Of a stretch of 64,000 bases of DNA, positions 59,453 through 64,000 are shown piece by piece. The notes below the pieces were generated by a model. That model saw only the letters and a list, made by a program, of their open reading frames with translations. It was not told the DNA's origin and did no database searches. This stretch comes from an uncultured Candidatus Saccharibacteria bacterium. GTDB lineage: Bacteria > Patescibacteriota > 4484-211 > JAGQKX01. Both the position numbers and the translations under genes were made by a program. The stretch's first letter is position 1. Each line of letters starts with the position of its first letter. The stretch is from positions 202,403 through 266,402 of the forward strand of contig CAYMOT010000001.1 of assembly GCA_964392315.1 (NCBI GenBank). The letters are read 5' to 3'.

Positions 59453-59477
59453 ACCCGACTTACCGTCGGGTTTTTTT
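59453..59477 (+). terminator. Rho-independent terminator after ssrA.
   Basis: ACCCGAC-TTACC-GTCGGGT hairpin followed by TTTTTTT. Confidence 0.6.
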
Positions 59478-59529
59478 GTGTCATGTTTCGAATCCTTTTC
59501 GGCAATGTAAATATTGTTAGAATCTGTTA

Positions 59530-61104
59530 ATGCGAAAGTATATTGTTTGGATATTCCTTGGAACTGCAGTGCTATATACAGCACACGAATTATTCTATCA
59601 GTCCTATTTTGTTGACGATGCGTTTATATCTTTTCGTTATGCACATAATTTTTCTGAAGGATTTGGCTTACGTTTTAATCCATCTGCCCTGCCCGTAGAG
59701 GGGTATACGAACTTTTTGTGGACACTAATAATTGCCTTACTTCATTTTGTACCTGTACCTTTATTTTTTACTCTCCGGATTGTAACGTTCTCTCTCTATA
59801 TTTTAATACTACCCTTAACCTATCGTTTGGCACGAGATTTGGGTCTTGATAATAGAACTCGTACTGTCCTTGTGCTGTTGGTGGCGCTGAACCCTTCTAT
59901 ACGTTTTGCTGTTTCTTCAGGGCTCGAAACAATTTTCGTACTGTTTCAAGTAGTGCTCGTAAGTATTCTACTGCTACCAAAAAACGAAGGGGGTGTAAAA
60001 ACGAGGATGTTCCCGCTTGCTGGAGGATTTTGTGCATCATTATTGTTGACGAGGATCGATACGATTTTGCTCTTTGTATCATTCATTGTTATTGCGCTGA
60101 TACGTAAACGTATGGCATTAAAACAGCAATTAATGATACATCTTGTATGGATAATCCCTCTGTTAGCGTTAATTGTATTGTCTGTATTTAGGTATTTATA
60201 TTATTCCTCTCTTGTCCCAAATACATTTTATGTAAAAGCGGTATCAGGAACTTCATTCTTGTATGGAATCGTGTATGTATACATATTTATGTTTACCTAT
60301 CTGTTCCCACTGAGTATCCCACTCATATTAAAGCCTCTTATAAAAATAGTGCGTTCATCCACAGCAGTAATTGCGTTCGCGCTTACCATATGTCTTTGGG
60401 TTATGTATGTAGTGTATATTGGCGGGGATTATATTGAATTCCGCTTTTTAGTACCCATTATCCCTTTTGTATATTGCCTCTTTTTTATCGCTTATGAAAA
60501 TTTACAAAATAGATATTGGCGGGTTGTGGTGATATTGTTATTGTTTATTGGCACAGTAGTACAGCCTGTTTTTTTCTTCCACATTCCCGAGCGGCAAAAA
60601 CAAAAAATAGGAACCGATTTTGAACTTGAACAGCTCACAAGGGAGTTTTCGTATATAGGAAGGGGCTTAAAACATCTGTTTGGCAATAGTGATATAACGA
60701 TTGCGGTTACCGCGGCTGGAGCTATTCCGTATTATTCACAGTTGAAAACGATTGATATGCTTGGCTTAAATGATGCCTATGTTGCAAAACATGGTATTCG
60801 GTTTTCGACCATGCCCGGACACCAGCGGATGGCACAAATCCAGTACCTGCAAGATCAGCATGTGCATATAATTCTCTACTACCCGTCACTAGTCTCCAAA
60901 GATGAGTATATGTTCCAACGGTATCAGGAATGGAGTAGGTACTTTACATTTCAGAGCTTTGAGACACAAAGGGATCGGGAAGTCCTTATCAGAATAGGTA
61001 CTGGTCAATATGTTTTTGCGTATTACTTAACTGATCATCCTGCAGTAGATGAGCTTATAGCGAAAGGTGCTATTGTACAAATAGACAAAGTCTTGCATCA
61101 TTAG
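59530..61104 (+). CDS. Polytopic membrane glycosyltransferase-like protein (GT-C-like); paralog of 61991-63496.
   Basis: FYQSYFVDDAFISFRYAHNFSEGFGLRFNPSALPVEGYTNFLWTL shares motifs with FRHWIYDDAFITFRYAQNFIQGHGFVYNIGERTEGYTSFLWLL in the paralog. About eleven transmembrane helices plus a ~170 aa C-terminal soluble domain. Confidence 0.55.
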   Translation: MRKYIVWIFLGTAVLYTAHELFYQSYFVDDAFISFRYAHNFSEGFGLRFNPSALPVEGYTNFLWTLIIALLHFVPVPLFFTLRIVTFSLYILILPLTYRLARDLGLDNRTRTVLVLLVALNPSIRFAVSSGLETIFVLFQVVLVSILLLPKNEGGVKTRMFPLAGGFCASLLLTRIDTILLFVSFIVIALIRKRMALKQQLMIHLVWIIPLLALIVLSVFRYLYYSSLVPNTFYVKAVSGTSFLYGIVYVYIFMFTYLFPLSIPLILKPLIKIVRSSTAVIAFALTICLWVMYVVYIGGDYIEFRFLVPIIPFVYCLFFIAYENLQNRYWRVVVILLLFIGTVVQPVFFFHIPERQKQKIGTDFELEQLTREFSYIGRGLKHLFGNSDITIAVTAAGAIPYYSQLKTIDMLGLNDAYVAKHGIRFSTMPGHQRMAQIQYLQDQHVHIILYYPSLVSKDEYMFQRYQEWSRYFTFQSFETQRDREVLIRIGTGQYVFAYYLTDHPAVDELIAKGAIVQIDKVLHH

Positions 61105-61107
61105 GGC

Positions 61108-61809
61108 ATGTGGTTTGAGAGACTACTATTTCCTCGTAATTGTGTAGGCTGCCGACGGCGCTGGGGCTCCTACCTTTGCAGCGAATGCTTTAACAGGATT
61201 GCTTTTTGCACAACACAGTATTGCCCCAACCCAAATTGTAATAAGCCTGCGGTAAACGCAATGACCCATCCTCGTTGTGACAGTAAGTATTGCCTAGATG
61301 GGCATATAAGTATCACGCGCTACGAAGGGGTTATAAAAGAAGTACTTGAATTCTATAAACGCAGAGGTGTTTTTAAATTAGAGGCGCATATTAAAGAGAT
61401 ATTACAGACGTATTTTTTTGAGCTACGAGAAACAATTTTTGATACCGTGCCTAAACCACTTATTACCTGTGTTCCCCTCTTTAAGTATGATCGGATATTT
61501 CGTGCCTACAGCGTGGCTGAACGATTAGCAGATTTGTTGGCCGAGACAGTTGAATGCACGTTTAATCCGTCAATATTGGAGAAGCGTCTCCCTACAATGC
61601 CACAGAAAAATCTTACTCGAGCAGAGCGCCTATCGAATCTAGCAGGGGCATTTTCAGTAATAGAAAAAGATGTGTGGAGTTTTCCTAATATTGTTCTGGT
61701 TGATGATGTGTGGACTACAGGTGCTACATTACGTGAGTGTGCCAAGACGCTCAAAAAAGCAGGTGTAAAAACTGTTTGGGCGGTAACATTGTGTAGAGGG
61801 AGCACATAA
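61108..61809 (+). CDS. comF: ComF-family protein (phosphoribosyltransferase-like, ComFC).
   Basis: N-terminal Cys cluster (CVGCRRRWGSYLCSECFN...C..C). C-terminal PRTase motif (IVLVDDVWTTGATLRECAK). Confidence 0.75.
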   Translation: MWFERLLFPRNCVGCRRRWGSYLCSECFNRIAFCTTQYCPNPNCNKPAVNAMTHPRCDSKYCLDGHISITRYEGVIKEVLEFYKRRGVFKLEAHIKEILQTYFFELRETIFDTVPKPLITCVPLFKYDRIFRAYSVAERLADLLAETVECTFNPSILEKRLPTMPQKNLTRAERLSNLAGAFSVIEKDVWSFPNIVLVDDVWTTGATLRECAKTLKKAGVKTVWAVTLCRGST

Positions 61810-61881
61810 CATAATGGATTTGCAGCAGCAGTATCCTTGCCGGTAGTTCCCACAGTATAATACAGAGTGTTTAGAGTTGTT

Positions 61882-61972
61882 GGAGGGGTCGCATAGTCTG
61901 GTCTAGTGCGCCTGTCTCGAAAACAGGTACCCCGTTCGGGGTACGAGGGTTCGAATCCCTCCCCCTCCGCCA
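61882..61972 (+). tRNA. tRNA-Ser (anticodon CGA), class II with a long variable arm. The 3' CCA is encoded.
   Basis: Acceptor stem GGAGGGG/CCCCTCC. Anticodon stem-loop CCTGT-CTCGAAA-ACAGG with anticodon CGA. Variable arm TACCCCGTTCGGGGTAC. T-arm GAGGG-TTCGAAT-CCCTC. Discriminator G. TATAAT at 61856-61861 lies upstream. Confidence 0.9.
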
Positions 61973-61990
61973 GTTATGAGTAGTTATCTT

Positions 61991-63496
61991 TTAGGAAGCG
62001 TTCCTCCAATACGCGGTAAATAATTTTCCTGACGGAAGTTGAATTTGTTTAAGTGTGTACTGGTTATGGAATTCAGGATTTTGGTAGAGCTCTATGTCTC
62101 CCTTAAAATATGGTAATGCTGAACCTGTTGCCGCAGCAAAAATGACAATATCAGGTTTTCGGGATAATACATAATTCCCATCTCCAATTTCGTGGCCTAC
62201 ATAGCCTGATCCTTTCCACGTTTCTTCTTGGGGAAGGTGTGCAAGGTAGGTGTCGTTTAATCCAAGCATGTCGATTGCATGGCGCTGGGCATAATATACT
62301 GTTGAGCCAGCGGTATTTACGGCAATGACCGTACTCTCTGGAGTATTCTTCTGGATCCACAAGCCAACTTCCTTTCCATCCGATGCAACGGTATCGTAAT
62401 ATAAACCTGTCGAAAACCTGGGTTCCAATAAAAAGATGGTGAAATGAAACAAAAGAGTAGAGCTGATTACAAGGAAAAGTTGTCTATTGTCTCGAATTTT
62501 GTGTGTGAAGATATGAGCAGTTATCAATCCCAAGATTGGTACCAATGGAGCGAAGAACCGGAATGAGTGCATATAATCTCCACCTACAATAACGACGTAC
62601 AAAGTCCAGATTAAGCAGAGAGTTGTACTCAAGGTAAAGAATGTGTTTCGGGTCGGTGCTCGTAATTTTTGTAATAGGTGAGTAGCGACTACAATGAACC
62701 AGGGTATAAAATACAGGGTGAAATTGAGCGTATAGATCAGTCCAAATGTAAGTTGGCTTAACCTAGTTCCAACTTTTGCATAGAAAGTATTGGGAAATAA
62801 GTACCCGTAATACATATATCTCCATTCAAAATACATTCCGTAAATCAAAAGAAATGGTACAAGTAATGCGATTAAAGACTTCATGTCTTTCTTCTTAATG
62901 CCCAGGAATAATATTACCGTGCCGGTGATGATGAGTCCCTCAGGTCTGGTCATGCTCAAAAGTGCGAATAGTATTCCTGCAGTGCAGTACAATTTGCTAC
63001 TATCACGTTTCATTGCAAAACTAAAAAAACCGATTGACGTGATAAGTAAACAAGTAAAAAAGGTTGTTTCGATCCCACTGATAGGCCAAGGGTTAAACAC
63101 ACCATTGACCGTAGTGAGTAATGTCGCAACTGCGGCGGTTTTTCCGTTTATTTCTTGAATTAATATTGGCGATAGTAAGAGTAAGCACATCACAAGCACT
63201 GCAAACCCGATGCCCAAGACTTGTGAAAAAATTGCTGGTTGCCCTAGGTATTCACCAATCGCTACAAGCAATAACCAAAGAAACGAGGTGTATCCTTCCG
63301 TTCGTTCACCAATGTTATAAACAAAACCGTGTCCCTGAATGAAATTTTGAGCGTATCGAAAGGTGATAAATGCATCGTCATAAATCCAATGGCGGAAGAT
63401 ATAACTATATAGCAGTAAAAAGCCGATACTAATAACAAAGCTGATAGTAAGTGGTGTTCTATTTGCGTGAATGTAATTTGATAAGCTTTTTTGCAT
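61991..63496 (-). CDS. Polytopic membrane glycosyltransferase-like protein (GT-C-like); paralog of 59530-61104.
   Basis: See the paralog entry. About eleven transmembrane helices. C-terminal soluble domain (…VGHEIGDGNYVLSRKPDIVIF…). Confidence 0.55.
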   Translation of the reverse strand: MQKSLSNYIHANRTPLTISFVISIGFLLLYSYIFRHWIYDDAFITFRYAQNFIQGHGFVYNIGERTEGYTSFLWLLLVAIGEYLGQPAIFSQVLGIGFAVLVMCLLLLSPILIQEINGKTAAVATLLTTVNGVFNPWPISGIETTFFTCLLITSIGFFSFAMKRDSSKLYCTAGILFALLSMTRPEGLIITGTVILFLGIKKKDMKSLIALLVPFLLIYGMYFEWRYMYYGYLFPNTFYAKVGTRLSQLTFGLIYTLNFTLYFIPWFIVVATHLLQKLRAPTRNTFFTLSTTLCLIWTLYVVIVGGDYMHSFRFFAPLVPILGLITAHIFTHKIRDNRQLFLVISSTLLFHFTIFLLEPRFSTGLYYDTVASDGKEVGLWIQKNTPESTVIAVNTAGSTVYYAQRHAIDMLGLNDTYLAHLPQEETWKGSGYVGHEIGDGNYVLSRKPDIVIFAAATGSALPYFKGDIELYQNPEFHNQYTLKQIQLPSGKLFTAYWRNAS

Positions 63497-63744
63497 TATT
63501 GAATTCGTGCAGATGGTTATATGTCTTTTGGTAGTAAGGTTGCGGGGTTAAGTCAGTATATGACCTATCCACACATATCTTCATACAGTATTACTTAAAG
63601 ATTTCTTTATCATATTTTTGTTTTCACCACTGCCAACACAAAATATACTTCAATAACTCGTAGTCAGGTATATCGTATCCCTAGAATACTTACCCTTATG
63701 ACAAAAAAATAGTACTATGGCAATGAAGTTTGTAAATTATTTCC

Positions 63745-64000
63745 ATGATAGATGACCTTAAAAGCTACCTCTTTAACCTCAGGCCTTATGTTTTCCTGAC
63801 TATTACAGTAAATTGCGCTCTGTTTCTGGTTTTTACAATAAATTCAATTGATCCGGTACGAGATGATGCATATAGTTATCTATTGCCGAATATCGTCTTG
63901 CAAGGGGAAACGTTATTTGAATCGCACCAACTGCCTTTTATCAATTATTATCAACTATTAGGTTCACCGTTACTTCCTCAAGGCCACACTGGTGTGTTGT
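63745..64000 (+). CDS. 5' fragment of a membrane protein gene running off the window end; hypothetical.
   Basis: ATG at 63745. The frame is open to 64000. The N-terminus has a transmembrane helix (YVFLTITVNCALFLVFTI) and a DDAYSY motif that loosely resembles the DDAFI(S/T)FRYA motif of the neighbouring paralogs. Confidence 0.35.
   Translation, partial: MIDDLKSYLFNLRPYVFLTITVNCALFLVFTINSIDPVRDDAYSYLLPNIVLQGETLFESHQLPFINYYQLLGSPLLPQGHTGVL

Noticed and set aside
59069-59530. ORFs 59069-59338 (minus) and 59219-59530 (plus).
   Set aside because: Both overlap the tmRNA gene and its terminator. The sequence is explained by a structured RNA with a canonical 5' and 3' end.
1-64000. Search for CRISPR arrays, transposases, integrases or phage genes.
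   Set aside because: I saw no regularly spaced direct repeats and no ORF with DDE-transposase, tyrosine-recombinase or phage-structural hallmarks. The secretion cluster lacks a relaxase or VirD4 in this window, so I did not call a mobile element.

Overview
This 64 kb window looks like a small-genome, CPR/Patescibacteria-like bacterium. That is inferred from the short MetRS and ValRS, the compact overlapping genes, and a Gram-positive-style conjugative/type IV secretion-like cluster similar to those reported in Saccharibacteria-type episymbionts.

Core genes I recognise by motif: a 5'-truncated UvrD/PcrA helicase, RmuC, metG, tsaD, two divergent alpha/beta hydrolases, valS, rplY (L25/Ctc), a SAM-dependent methyltransferase, and the replication-origin neighbourhood. 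The origin neighbourhood contains dnaA, rpmH (not in the ORF track; found by hand), rnpA, yidC, jag, dnaN and recF, with an AT-rich region carrying DnaA boxes between the divergent dnaA and dnaN genes. Further along are smpB followed by an unannotated tmRNA with a textbook promoter and terminator, comF, and a tRNA-Ser(CGA).

The accessory content falls into two groups:
- A ~17.6 kb single-strand block (27756-45399, minus strand) encodes a VirB4 ATPase, a VirB3-like protein, a giant VirB6-like channel protein, three tandem VirB2-like pilin paralogs, and secreted cell-wall hydrolases (a GH5 + M23-like fusion and a second M23-like protein).
- Directly upstream on the same strand are four GT-C-type polytopic membrane glycosyltransferase-like genes (two PMT/ArnT-like paralogs among them) plus an FAD oxidoreductase. 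Two more paralogous GT-like genes flank comF/tRNA-Ser.

Also present is an envelope-polysaccharide operon downstream of dnaA: a Wzy-like protein, a Wzz-like protein, and an unusual fusion of an NAD-dependent epimerase with a DUF4012 domain. I found no CRISPR array, transposase or integrase. All family assignments rest on motifs read by eye and need HMM or BLAST confirmation.
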